The notes: a model not told the origin generated them from the letters alone. 64,000 nt of DNA from Eledone cirrhosa (GCA_964016885.1 OZ024748.1:59892001-59956000), one strand, 5' to 3'; positions 14,492 to 32,434 are shown, counted from the first letter of the stretch. Translations and numbers: made by a program.

Positions 14492-14612
14492 CATCATCAT
14501 TCATCATCATCATTTTACGTCCGCTTTTCCCTGCTTGCAAGGGTGGGACAGGAACTGATTCTGGCTTTATTTCTACAGCTGGATGCCCTTCCTAATGTAA
14601 ATCGCCCCAAAG
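14492..14612 (-). mobile_element. 3' end of an RTE-related SINE with (TGA)n tail
   Basis: Minus strand reads GGAAGGGCATCCAGCTGTAGAAA...GCGGACGTAAAATGATGATGA. Confidence 0.6.
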
Positions 14613-14707
14613 GTGATCTTTGCATTTCCTCCACGCATTTTCTCCAGATTCTTCTGTCATTGTACCCACTAAAAATATATTCATATTTATTATTAATCGT
14701 CAAAAGA

Positions 14708-15148
14708 GTGGTGGATTGGCAGTATCGGTAGAGCGTCAGACACTCTGGTTTGCTTCATAGAGTTATGACCCTTTATGTTCTAGGTTTAGATACTGCCGAG
14801 GTTAGCTTTGCCTTTCATCCTTACAGGGTTGATAAAACAGAGTACCAGTAATGCACTGGGGGTCGGTTTAATCGATTTCCCACTTCTCCCCAAATTGCTG
14901 GCCTTGTGCTAATAGTAGATATAATTATTAATCGTAAAAAATGGAAATGGATTGGCAGTATCGGTAGAGCGTCGGACAACATGCTTTTCAGCATAGAGTT
15001 ACGTCCCTTTCCGTTCTGCATTCATATTCCAATGAGGTTAGCTTTGTCATTCATCCATACGTGGTTACGGGGGTGGATAAAATAAAGTATCAGTAATGCA
15101 CTGGGGTCAATTTAATCGACTTTCCTCTCCCACCCCCCAAATTGTTGG

Positions 15149-15179
<31 letters not shown>

Positions 15180-15300
15180 CTAAATGAGAAACCATTATTA
15201 ATCACCAAAAATGCGGTGGATTTTCAGAATCGGTAGAGCATCGGAGAATTTGCTATTTGGTATTTAGTTATGTCACATTTCATTCTCTGATCAAATCCCA
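14708..15300 (+). mobile_element. Head-to-tail array of Nin-like tRNA SINEs (2 full + 1 partial)
   Basis: Repeated GGATTGGCAGTATCGGTAGAGCGTC-type heads at about 14713, 14949 and 15218. Confidence 0.85.
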
Positions 15301-15440
15301 CCTAAAATATCAGAAGGGACTCCTTATATTCTGCGTCAGTGTCATCATATAGTTCCCCCCCCTTCATCTATCTCTTTGTCTGTCTGACTCTCTCTCTCTC
15401 CCTCCCTCCGTCTCTCTTCCTCCGTCTCTCTCTTTCTCCG

Positions 15441-15481
<41 letters not shown>

Positions 15482-15702
15482 CTATCTCTCCCTCTTTCCG
15501 TCTCCCCCTCTCTCTATCTATTTATCTCTCTCTTTCCGTCTCCCTTTCTCTCTATTTCTCCCCCCATCCTCTATCTCTGATTGAATGGAAGTTAGCAAGA
15601 GATATAAAGGAAGTATAATCTCCAATACTCAACTGGTTTATTTAACAATTTGTAATTATTTACTGACCACACTGAATACATACAATAGTCTATAACTTTG
15701 CC

Positions 15703-15847
15703 AGTTAATCCGTATGGTGAGCAAATGGGTCCCACGTGCTGGCCTCCCCACAGCCCCGGTGGACAGGATGGAGAAGGCATTTCCTCGGGAGATAAGATAT
15801 TGGAGCGCAAATAATCAACTTTCACCTTCTCCCAAATTCCTTGCTTT
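15703..15847 (-). CDS. Possible coding exon of an unidentified host gene
   Basis: Unique, GC-richer island with acceptor ttgacag and open frame KQGIWEKVKVDYLRSNILSPEEMPSPSCPPGLWGGQHVGPICSPYGLT. Plus-strand frames are also open, so strand is uncertain. Confidence 0.3.
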
Positions 15848-15869
15848 CTGTCAATGTTAGAAATAATTA

Positions 15870-16050
15870 TTAGCAGTATCGGTAGAGGGTTGGACGCCAT
15901 GCTTTCTAGCATAGTTACGTCCCTTTACAGTCTGAGTTCAAATCCCACCGAGGTTAACTTTGCCTTTCATCCTTACGAGGTCGATAAAATAAAGTAACTG
16001 TAATACACTGGGTAATTGCTGGCCTTGTGCCTAAAGTAGAAACAATTATA
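15870..16050 (+). mobile_element. Nin-like tRNA SINE (short-tail subfamily)
   Basis: B box GAGTTCAAATCC and conserved core; internal deletion junction CACTGGGTAATTGCTGG. Confidence 0.85.
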
Positions 16051-16524
16051 TTGAGGATATTTGAAAACTATGATGCAATGGCAAGAAACAATATTTATCT
16101 ATAAAAAAGAACAGCTTTGCTTTTACTATTCATTAACAACGTGCAGAAAAATTAAATGTAAGGTTATTTCAAGCTATATATTACTGTAAGTGTTTATACA
16201 TGTAAACATGATCTCTGGTTTACTTGTCAAAACTGCTTTTAACAACAACGTTAGGGCATCCGGAATAAATAGCTTTCGTGTTTTAAAAGGTAAATGTTTT
16301 ACGGTTTTGTCCTGTATTAGCAATATTATGAAGCCAATTTGTCAAAATAAACAAAATATATTCCATATGATGTCATCATAGAGAAATGACGTAATACAAT
16401 CAAATGTCATGTGATTAAAACATCCATCATGTAAAGATATGCGTTGATGAGAAGATCTAAGTGTTATTTCTGCATGGGTATATGTTTGTATATGTATGTG
16501 TAAAGTGGGTGAAGCTATGTAACA

Positions 16525-16602
<78 letters not shown>

Positions 16603-16608
16603 TATAAA

Positions 16609-16670
<62 letters not shown>

Positions 16671-17150
16671 CCTATCTATATAAAGAAACATATCTATATA
16701 TTTATTTATCTACACATAGGTACCTACTTTCGTACAAACGTACGTGCGTACATACATATATATATACATACACACATGCATACACACATACACACACACA
16801 CATATACATATACATATATATATATATACTTCAGTTTTCTCTACATAGGCACGAAGCACAAATACACCCACCTCAAATAGACACACCATATACACTTCGC
16901 ACACACACACATACACACACACATACACACACACATATATATACACATATAAAATCTTGCGATGTGCTGGGAATAATATTGGTTTTAATTCTACCATTAA
17001 TATTTCCTAACAAATTGAAAGCAATACTTTCAAATATCCATCTTGAATGAGTTGCTTTTCATTGAAGTGTGTTTCACTCTGGCAGAAAATCAATTATTTC
17101 TACACGTGTAACAAACTCAATGTAGGCATGCGCCCATATATGTATATATG

Positions 17151-17208
<58 letters not shown>

Positions 17209-17486
17209 GTGTGTGTGTGTATGTGAGTATTATATATGTATATATATATACGAAAGAAAAGCATTTATTTCTATGCGTATAAAATACGTATATCTATCTA
17301 TCTATCTCTATATTACCTGCATATACATGCATAAATACACACACATGCATTCACACACACTCACATGCCGACACACACGCACACACACACACAGAGTCAC
17401 TCACTCTCTCTCACACACATGCACACACACAAACATGCACACACGCACACACACACGCACATATATATATATACACACACGCACAC

Positions 17487-17553
<67 letters not shown>

Positions 17554-17557
17554 TACG

Positions 17558-17590
<33 letters not shown>

Positions 17591-17990
17591 TTCTATATAC
17601 GAACATACCCTATGCTTGTGTCTGCTTGTTACTAGGTGTAATCCACATTTATCTGTAAAGGATTGGAAGATATTTTTGATAATTCATTATTTTACATAAA
17701 TTCTGATGTTCTCTTGACAGTCTAAATATCTTAGACATCTAAGATATTAGGTTCCTTTCTCATATTACCCATTTTGTCTCCATATAGTGAACGTGACGGA
17801 TCAATATAGATACATACATTTATACACACAGGTATATATTTATGCTTTAGTATATATGTATATGTATTCCTAAATATATATATATATAAATATAAATATG
17901 TGTGTATAAACATATTCTATGAGTTTATATACAAGTATATGAGGCAGCTTTTAAGAATAATACAGGGGCGTATATATATATATATATATA

Positions 17991-18186
17991 GGAACCAGTA
18001 AGACCCCGACAGCTGAGCTCAAGCCGTTTCGACGGCTAATTCTGGACTCAGTCCAGAATTAGCCGTCGAAACGGCTTGAGCTCAGCTGTCGGGGTCTTAC
18101 TGGTTCCTATTACCCACTCTACTACCTCAAGTATTGAGTACTTTGGTGCGTTATGGTCCACCTGGTTCCTTACCACATTTCCTTCG

Positions 18187-18189
<3 letters not shown>
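17991..18189 (+). mobile_element. Family E fold-back element, full length
   Basis: Perfect ~58-bp inverted arms centred near 18049, then a 75-bp tail ending TTCCTTCGTTA-(TA)n. Confidence 0.9.
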
Positions 18190-18265
<76 letters not shown>

Positions 18266-18267
<2 letters not shown>

Positions 18268-18418
18268 AACGCGTAGGACCCCGACGGAATTAGTCGTCGA
18301 AACGGCTTGAGCTCAGCCGTCGGGGTCCTACTCGTTCCTATTACCCACTCTACTACCCTAAGTATTGTGTACTTTGGTGCGTTATAGTCCATCTGGTTCC
18401 TTACCACATTTCCTTCGT

Positions 18419-18420
<2 letters not shown>
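18266..18420 (+). mobile_element. Family E element, short inverted arm
   Basis: Same sense arm and tail; inserted in the same (TA)n cluster. Confidence 0.9.
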
Positions 18421-18464
<44 letters not shown>

Positions 18465-18534
18465 TAAGCTTACATATTTATGATCCTTTACAGGATAATC
18501 GTTTTACAAAATAATGGTTTTCTAGTTTTGATGG

Positions 18535-18576
<42 letters not shown>

Positions 18577-19259
18577 AGAAATAAACTTCGAGAAATATAC
18601 GAAAGACAAGCTGCATATCCCGTAGACATTTACATACGTTAGGGACACATTTATAGACAATGTTTCCAGACGATAATTTCGTATTTTGAGAAGAACGCAT
18701 AGGAAAACTTATTCCTTCTATAAGAACTACATATTACTGTAAAATATTTCTGAATGATAATACAGTATTTTAATATACTTCGTCTCTCCAACATATTTGC
18801 TTTATAACTGGAAATACCAGTTCGTAGGTATTTATTTTCATAAAAATCTCTCATTTTTTCTAAATTATTTTTTGACGTTTATTTTCTGCAAATGAATACT
18901 TAGCTTTAGGTTACGCCATTCACTGTAAAGCTACATTGTTATGCCGTCACAGTTAAAATCTCCATTAATGTATAGATCTTGACCCCAGCTTAAGGCTGTC
19001 ATATTCTGTTGTCAAAGTAATAAACAGTAAAATCTATAATGATTCTCTCTTATGATCATTTGGCATTTAAATGAAATATTGTCCCTATCTGAAAATGACC
19101 TTCCAATGTGGAATTTAAACTAAGATTACTCTATCATTTTATTATTTTCTTTATAAATCTCCCATTGAAAATAAATTCAGAAATAAGAAAATATATATAA
19201 TATTTGCTTATATCTATCTACTATTTCTCTATCTATCTATATCCATATGTCTCTCTCTC

Positions 19260-19406
<147 letters not shown>

Positions 19407-19533
19407 TGTTGGTTTTCGCTTCTGTATCTTTTATATCTTCACAGTTAATTCATTTGATCCTCAATGTTTATCATTGACTGACCAACGGTCAAAAATACAG
19501 ATATACTATAGATATAAACACATATATATAGTT

Positions 19534-19577
19534 TAACAAAGTTCTTTCGTTGCACATCTAAAACATCATCAGTGGTA
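19534..19577 (-). ncRNA. Hammerhead ribozyme motif (family J, element about 19403-19650)
   Basis: tacca-CTGATGA-t-gtt..aac-GAAA-GAAC-TT-tgtta. Also present in the duplicate near 24415-24460. Confidence 0.6.
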
Positions 19578-19647
19578 CTATTATGTTCCTCCTGTTGTAT
19601 TGTATGTCTACGCCATTTTTTTTTTTATAAACAGATAAAATAAAAAT

Positions 19648-19692
<45 letters not shown>

Positions 19693-19694
<2 letters not shown>

Positions 19695-19872
19695 CGAAGG
19701 AAATGTGGTAAGGAACCAGGTGGACCATAACGCACCAAAGTACTCAATACTTGAGGTAGTAGAGTGGGTAATAGGAACCAGTAAGACCCCGACAGCTGAG
19801 CTCAAGCCGTTTCGACGGCAGAATTAGCCGTCGAAACGGCTTGAGCTCAGCTGTCGGGGTCTTACTGGTTCC

Positions 19873-19874
<2 letters not shown>
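19693..19874 (-). mobile_element. Family E fold-back element
   Basis: Shares diagnostic variants with the 17991 copy; duplicate at 24566-24747. Confidence 0.9.
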
Positions 19875-19953
<79 letters not shown>

Positions 19954-20000
19954 AGTGAATTATCTATTTATTATTTATTTATGTTCATACATCGAACTAC

Positions 20001-20126
20001 CTAAGGTTTCAAAGCCCAATAATGTCCATCTCTCCAGATCAAAATTGTGACTTCAGGCGCACAGTTTGAAGATAACGTTGAAAGTACACCTGATTCAGCA
20101 CAGTCTTCCATTTTCCCTTTTAGGAC
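20001..20126 (-). CDS. Exon-like 126-bp segment (uncertain)
   Basis: Bounded by tag|...|gtagtt. One frame reads [41 protein letters not shown] then stop. Confidence 0.2.
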   Translation of the reverse strand, partial: VLKGKMEDCAESGVLSTLSSNCAPEVTILIWRDGHYWALKP

Positions 20127-20259
20127 CTACGGATATTTTCTACATACACATATACTTACACACACACACACACACGAACACACATACACACATACGCGTA
20201 CACACATACACACACACACACACACACGAACACACATACACACATACGCGTACACACAT

Positions 20260-20313
<54 letters not shown>

Positions 20314-20467
20314 CACCCACTTATCTATCTATGTGTCTTAAGGCAGATACATTTTTAATACAATTTAATGTAATGACTCGTTCGCACACCGAGCCATATT
20401 GTAGATAGAGCTGCACTAACTTTATAGATGATGATGATGATAATATTAATGATAATAATAATAATAA

Positions 20468-20646
20468 TAATTGTTTCTACTTTAGGCACAAGGCCAGCAA
20501 TTACCCAGTACATTACTGGTACTTTATTTTATCGACACGCTGAGGATGAAAGGCAAAGTCAACCTCGGCGGGATTTGAACTCAGAATGGCAAGGACCGTA
20601 ATTCTATGCGTCAAAGCATGGCGTCCGACCCTCTACCGATACTGCC

Positions 20647-20678
<32 letters not shown>

Positions 20679-21560
20679 TTTCTAGTATAGGCACAAGGCC
20701 AGTAATTTCGGGAGACGGGAAAGTAGATTAAATCGACAACAGTACATTACTGGTAGTTTATTTAATCGACCCCGTAACGATGGAACGCAAAATTAACCTC
20801 GACGGGATTTGTGCTCAGAATATAAAGAGTCAGAACAAATATCACACTGTCATTTCATCTGACGCTCTAAAATTCTGCCAGTCTGCCGCGATAATGTATA
20901 ATCGAATGGTACCACACCTATGCTATTATAACCGGTAACGATACATATAATTGTTTCTACTTTTGGCACAAGGCCAGCAGTTACCCCAGTGCATTACTGG
21001 TACTTTATTTTAACGACCCCGTAAGGAGAAAGGCAAAGTTAACCTCGGCAGGATTTTAACTCACACCGTAAAGGACCGTAACTCTTTGCTGCAAAGCATG
21101 GCGTCCGACTCTCTACCGATACTGCCAATCCACCGCCCTTATAATAATTGTTTCTACTTTAGGCACAAGGCCAGCAATTACCTCAGTGCATTACTGGTAC
21201 TTTATTTTAACGACCCCGTAAGGATGAAAGGCAAAGTCAACTTCGGTGGGATTTGAACTCAGATCGTAAAGGGACGTAACTATGCTGGAAAGCATGGCGT
21301 CCGACTCTCTACCGATACTGTCAATCCACCGCCCTTATAATAATGGTTTCTTATATAGGCACAAGGCCAGCAATTTTGGGGGAGGGGAAAGTTGATTAAA
21401 TCGACCCCAGTGCGTGACTGGTATTTTATTTAATCAATCCCGTAAGGATGAAAGGCAAGTTAACCTCGACGGGATTTGAAATCAGACCGTAAAGGGACGT
21501 AATTCTATGCTGCAAAGCATGGTTTCCGACCCTCAACCAATACTGCCAATCCACCGCCCT
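20468..21560 (-). mobile_element. Five tandem Nin-like tRNA SINEs
   Basis: Five same-orientation ~190-220-bp units separated by (TAA)n or short spacers; duplicate at about 25405-26498. Confidence 0.9.
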
Positions 21561-21811
21561 TTAACGATATATATAATATGCAATAGATAATATATATATA
21601 ACAAGATAAAGTATCATATATTTATAATTGTCCAATAGGAACCGATCTCTCCCTTCTCCCGTCTTCCATCTGATAATATGCCTGTATCTCACCTTTCCCG
21701 TCTCCACTACAATCGATATGATATATGTAATTATAAAAAAGTGATAAATTCCCTTTAGCTATAGGTATTGTCTCTGTCTGTCTGCTCTCTCTCTCTCTCT
21801 CTCTCTCTCCC

Positions 21812-21933
<122 letters not shown>

Positions 21934-22283
21934 CTATATCTAGCGACCTATATATCAATCTCCGTATCTCTCCCTCTATCTATCTCTCCCTCCCTCTCTC
22001 TATATATTATATATATATATATACATTTATCTATCTATCTCGCGACTTATATACCAATCTCCCTATCTCTATATCTATATCTATCTTCTATCTATTAATC
22101 TGCCTCTTTCTTTCTCTCCCTCACTTTCTCCCCATCTGTTAATATATATGCTTGTGTCAAAATAACTAACACTACATGATCATACTGTGCTGAGAATATA
22201 AATACACAATGCTGCTTGTAAAGGAAGCTTCAACTCATATAATGAATAGTCCACCATGACACAATGTCAGTCATTTGAGAAAT

Positions 22284-22355
<72 letters not shown>

Positions 22356-22361
<6 letters not shown>

Positions 22362-23323
22362 ATACTTTGGGGGGGGGGGGGTCATGTTGCCAATAAGAAA
22401 CACACGCACCAGTTGCGTTCACTTCAATTTATTATAATAAATTTATAAATTTAGGAATTTATAAATTTCCCGATGGTTGGTTGGTTGGTTCCACAACCAG
22501 ATGGTTTTTTTATATATTGTCAAAGTTCTTTCGTCACACATTCTGTGACCTCTTCAGTGACTGGGATTCTTTTCTTTGTTTTTTGTTTTTTTGTTTGTTG
22601 TGCCTCTCCTTTGTTCTGCCCCACGCCATCTTGTTTTTGTGTGTGTGTTGTGTGCTTAGTTTGCGCATGTGTTACATCCGGGTGTCTGTGTGTGTTTATA
22701 TTCGTTTATTTATTTGTTTATTTACATGTTGCTCGTTGGTTGTTTGTTCTATGTGCGTGTGTGTTTTCATTTTGTCAGACAACACAGACACCCGGATGTA
22801 ACACATGCGCAAACTAAGCACACAACATGAGTGGAACAGCAGCATCACAACTTACAATTAAGAACAAAATGAAAACACACACGCACATAGAACAAACAAC
22901 CAACCAGTAACATGTAAATAAACAAATAAATAAACGAATATAAACACACACAGACACCAGGATGTAACACATGCGCGAACTTAGCACACAACACACACAC
23001 ACAAAAACAAGATGGCGTAGGACAGAACAAAGAAGAGGCACAAAAAACAAAAAACAAAGAAAAGAATCCCCAGTCACTGAAGAGGTCACAGAATGTGTGA
23101 CGAAAGAACTTTGACAATATATAAACAACCATCTGGTTGTGAAACCAACCAACCAACCGGAAATTTATAAATTCCTAAATTTATTAATTTATAATAAATT
23201 GAAGTGAAAGCAACTGGTGCGTGTGTTTCTTATTGGCAACATGACCCTCCCAAAGTATAACAATATCGGTTTCAACACACGTTTTCAGATAAAGAATCTT
23301 GCTAAACAAATTCAGAAACGAAA
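22356..23323 (+). mobile_element. Family A large fold-back element
   Basis: ~410-bp inverted arms (22356-22772 and 22866-23264), a complex junction, a ~60-bp tail, (TA)n flanks. Duplicate at about 27285-28263. Confidence 0.9.
23073..23115 (+). ncRNA. Hammerhead ribozyme motif (family A)
   Basis: gtca-CTGAAGA-g-GTCACA gaatg TGTGAC-GAAA-GAAC-TT-tgac. Mirror copy at 22519-22561 on the minus strand. Confidence 0.75.
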
Positions 23324-23547
23324 TATATATATATATATATATATATTATGGAATACTGTTGGCTTCTTGCTACAATATTTTCTCTACTTTTCATTTGTAT
23401 ATATATATATATATATAAGCAAAGAGATATTTAATTTGTTGGTTATTCAACAAATTTATTTATATGGATTCGAAGCACTCTGCAGGTTTTCTGGAGTATA
23501 ATATCAATGATATAAATAAGTGGAAACTAAATTTATAAAGCCATATT

Positions 23548-23608
23548 TATTTTATTATATATATTTCAAGGGTACAAACATTTTGGTACGCCATCATCAG
23601 ATAAAATA
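23548..23608 (-). ncRNA. Hammerhead ribozyme motif (family K, element about 23419-23673)
   Basis: tattttat-CTGATGA-tggcgtac..gtaccctt-GAAA-TATATA-TA-ataaaata, with a perfect 8-bp stem I. Duplicate at 28490-28550. Confidence 0.75.
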
Positions 23609-23673
23609 CACAATCTGTTTTATAAATGGTGACATACGAAACCAGACCTTATCGGTTCAGGTTCAGTTTGGAT

Positions 23674-23873
23674 NNNNNNNNNNNNNNNNNNNNNNNNNNN
23701 NNNNNNNNNNNNNNNNNNNNNNNNNNNNNNNNNNNNNNNNNNNNNNNNNNNNNNNNNNNNNNNNNNNNNNNNNNNNNNNNNNNNNNNNNNNNNNNNNNNN
23801 NNNNNNNNNNNNNNNNNNNNNNNNNNNNNNNNNNNNNNNNNNNNNNNNNNNNNNNNNNNNNNNNNNNNNNNNN
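23674..23873. other. Assembly gap (200 N)
   Basis: Run of exactly 200 N. Confidence 1.
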
Positions 23874-28615
<4,742 letters not shown>

Positions 28616-28637
28616 ATATATAAATATATATATATAC

Positions 28638-28671
<34 letters not shown>

Positions 28672-28935
28672 GTAAAAGAAAAAAAGATGAAATCGAAAAT
28701 GCAACCGGAGTCTTTTTTTATAAAAGTATATATTTATTTGGCATCTTTACCGGTTTCGCAGTTGTTTGTGGTTTTTCTCAAGAAAAACCACAAACCCTCC
28801 ATTTCAATTCTACTTTTGAAATGCAGAAGAACTGTGAAACCGGTAAAGTAACCATTTTCGATTTCATCCTTTTTCCTTATACTTTCACTCGTGTAGGACA
28901 CCTCGGTGTTTTTTCATTTTGTAAAAAGCCCTCAC

Positions 28936-28942
<7 letters not shown>
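28672..28942 (+). mobile_element. Family D fold-back element with variant hammerhead (28811-28850)
   Basis: Inverted segments and a tail; tactt-TTGAAAT-gcag aagaa ctgt-GAAA-CCGG-TA-aagta. Confidence 0.7.
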
Positions 28943-29002
<60 letters not shown>

Positions 29003-29004
<2 letters not shown>

Positions 29005-29205
29005 AACGAGTCGGACACCGACGGGTGAGCTCAAGCCGTTTCGACGGCTAATTCTGGACTATTTTAGTCCAGAATTAGCCGTCGAAACGGCTTGAGCTCA
29101 GCCGTCGGGGTCCGACTCGTTCCTATTACCCACTCTACTACCCTAAGTATTGAGTACTTTGGTGCGTTATGGTCTATCTGGTTCCTTACCACATTTCCTT
29201 CGTTA
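29003..29205 (+). mobile_element. Family E fold-back element, full length
   Basis: Arms fold at GGACTA-ttt-TAGTCC; standard tail. Confidence 0.9.
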
Positions 29206-29365
29206 TATATATATATAGTAAAAAATTGAACGGGAACAAAACAGAGAGGCAGTACGAACAAAGGTTTATTAGTTTCACGCTCTTGATATATATACATATA
29301 TACATATATATATATATACATATATACATATATATATATATACATATATACATATATATATATAT

Positions 29366-29713
29366 GGGATAACAAGTTACAGTTTTAGGTAATCCAGTTA
29401 GAGGTTGTGAGTACTCTGTATTATAGATAGATTTAACGTACGGCGTTGTTTGACTCACAAGAGGTTTCCTTAGTTAGGTAGTGAGTTTGCGAGAATTCCC
29501 ATGCAGGTTATTCTTGGAGTAATAGTAGTGAAAGAGTGAAAAATAACATGGTCGGCTGTAAAAAAAGGGTTTTATTTACAGTATTAACAGGTCGAGTGAC
29601 GCAATTGCGAGTGATCAGCGGCCTTTAGACTCAGCTGATCAATGAAACAACTGTGAATACTGTAAATAAAACCCTTCTTGTACAGCCGACAACGTTATTC
29701 TTCACTCTTTCTC

Positions 29714-29718
<5 letters not shown>
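29366..29718 (-). mobile_element. Family G fold-back element
   Basis: Inverted arms about 29525-29591 and 29651-29718, tail 29366-29522. The spacer holds a TGATCAGC/GCTGATCA stem followed by GAAAC. Confidence 0.75.
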
Positions 29719-29779
<61 letters not shown>

Positions 29780-29812
29780 ATCCGGGGGCAAGGTAAAATT
29801 CCAATCATTTAA

Positions 29813-29886
29813 TCACGACACATGTTTCAATAAGGGATAGATCGATTGTGAAGCCATGATCGATTATCACTGATCTCATCAGATGA
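29813..29886 (-). ncRNA. Hammerhead ribozyme motif (family F, element about 29776-29945)
   Basis: tcat-CTGATGA-[long stem II]-GAAA-CATGTG-TC-gtga. Confidence 0.75.
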
Positions 29887-30224
29887 AAATAAATTGTCTT
29901 CAAATTCTTGATATGAGGGAGAAAAAATAACGATGTTCTCCCACAGAATTCATTCCGTCATATGGAGACACACCAGTCAGTCAGAGACATGGCGACTGCT
30001 ATTAGCTTTAGTTGAGGTCATAAAAGTTTTCAGATTTCTATCGCTGCAAAAGACGCTGGACAACAATCAAATCTGTAAGGATAGAGTCAGTCACAGTTAA
30101 ATGTGAGTGGATACACACACACACACTCCACACCTACATATATCGGCTCGAGGTCAAATATATATACACACATATATATACACACATCAACACAGTATTA
30201 AACCCGTAGAATTAGCGTGGGTGG

Positions 30225-30262
<38 letters not shown>

Positions 30263-30303
30263 CCACCCACGAACTGTTTGCTTTGCTAATTCTGCTTACA
30301 CTG

Positions 30304-30349
<46 letters not shown>

Positions 30350-30445
30350 CAATGTAAGCAGAAATAGCAAAGCAAACAGTTCGGTGAAGGAATATATTAT
30401 TAGTTTTACGCATATATTTATATGTATATATACACACACTCACAA

Positions 30446-30479
<34 letters not shown>

Positions 30480-30700
30480 ACATATATTTAGAGAGATATA
30501 TGTACCCAACCATGGCGCCAAGCGTCACCCTTGTAAAAACTTGCTGAATTCACAAGCCGAAACCTGTTGGCGCCACAGTCGGGTTCATAACTCTCTCATC
30601 CCCTACTCTGCATCTCCCCATTTTTACATATCTATCAAGTTATATATTTCCAATCACACACACACACGCATATATATATATATGTAAATATATATCTTTG

Positions 30701-30756
<56 letters not shown>

Positions 30757-30831
30757 TATATATATACATATATATGCATACATATATATATATATATATA
30801 TATATGCATATATATATATATATATATATGC

Positions 30832-30872
<41 letters not shown>

Positions 30873-30886
30873 CAAAAATATATATT

Positions 30887-31017
<131 letters not shown>

Positions 31018-31056
31018 GTGTGTGTGTGTATATATATATATATAAATATATACGTG

Positions 31057-31088
<32 letters not shown>

Positions 31089-31091
31089 AGT

Positions 31092-31171
<80 letters not shown>

Positions 31172-31778
31172 TACACACATACTGTATATATGTGTATATA
31201 TAATTACTGTTTCTTCGTAAACTCTACTTATGCTGTTGCACCTTTTTCTATTTGTTGTTTTTGATTTTGAAGTTATCGAATCGTTAAAAGAGAACGCTAT
31301 AGCGGTTTCCGGATGTGAAGTAATTCAGTAATATAATATCATTATGGAATACTAACTGAACAATATTCATTCATCATATCTGACATAACAATCCCATAAT
31401 TGAATAAGAGAACGGCTGATATTTTCTCTCCTTTAATGACTTCCACACAAATATATTACATGTTTTAGTCAGATTTTCTAATATTTTTAGAGGCAACTTA
31501 GCTATAAATATGATAGATTTTTTTAAAGTATCCACAGAATGAATGCTTCAAAATATTGTATAAGGTATTGGATTAGTGAAGGATTAGATTCTTCGGGTGT
31601 CAATTTCAACCTGGAAACTTCGAAAAAGGATGATGACACATTACAGATTATAAAAATCACGTGGTACGTGTGAAATCAATTTCGTTGTGTATGGAATGAT
31701 TTATAGAGTTCTTTAAGAATTAATGGTTTTACCATAACATTGAATGAACACACATAATAATCATATATACATATATGT

Positions 31779-32329
31779 ATGTATGTTCTTCTGGTTTTAT
31801 AATTTCACAAAGTTTTACCAATAGAGAGAGAGTCGGTTTCTAACATAGAAACAAGACTCTCTTATTGGAATTTACACAACATCAACTAGGCAGATATGTA
31901 TGTATGCATGTGTAGATATGGATGTTATTGTATGTGTGGATGTGTATGTTTTGATTTGTATGTGTGCATGTGTATATGCTTTGCATCTCAACATGTGTAT
32001 ATGCAATTATTAGATGCAACATTTTTGGAATGTTTTACATATTTTTACTGTTCCATTGATGGATTGTACTTGTAATTTCCTAACTAGTTGTGTTCTTCCT
32101 GTTCCTGTGAAACCTAGCTTCTCAAAATTTGTATTGAGGCAGTTACTAACATACACCAGTACCAAAATAATCACAGACATAAATCTGAAGGTGTAATCAG
32201 GGTGGAGTATCTGCAGATTTCTCATCAGTTCTGCATAAATATTCTCCTTTTCACTAATCTTTTATATTATATTGGCATCTGCTGGGCAGCTAATTTCCAC
32301 TACTGTGCATGCTTTCTTCTCCCTGTCCC
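31779..32329 (-). mobile_element. 3' end of an R4/Dong-like RLE non-LTR retrotransposon
   Basis: Frameshifted translation [29 protein letters not shown]..; the 42-kb copy shows PVIIGTLG. Stop codon, hairpinned 3' UTR, (TACA)n flanks. Confidence 0.8.
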
Positions 32330-32434
32330 GTATGTATGTATGTATGTATGTATGTATGTATGTATGTATGTATGTATGTATGTATGTATGTATGTATGTA
32401 TGTATGTATGTATGTATGTATGTATGTATGTATG

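Noticed and set aside
17991-18189. Family E and similar elements as MITEs with TIRs
   Set aside because: The inverted repeat is not terminal on both sides (one-sided tail) and arm length differs between copies, unlike the true MITEs at 6426, 33981 and 62063.
20001-20126. Selenoprotein exon (frame with two in-frame TGA)
   Set aside because: No SECIS or homology evidence; two TGAs are expected by chance.
20468-21560. CRISPR-like or tRNA-gene array
   Set aside because: Units are ~200-bp SINEs with A/B boxes but no cloverleaf and no repeat-spacer structure; eukaryotic context.
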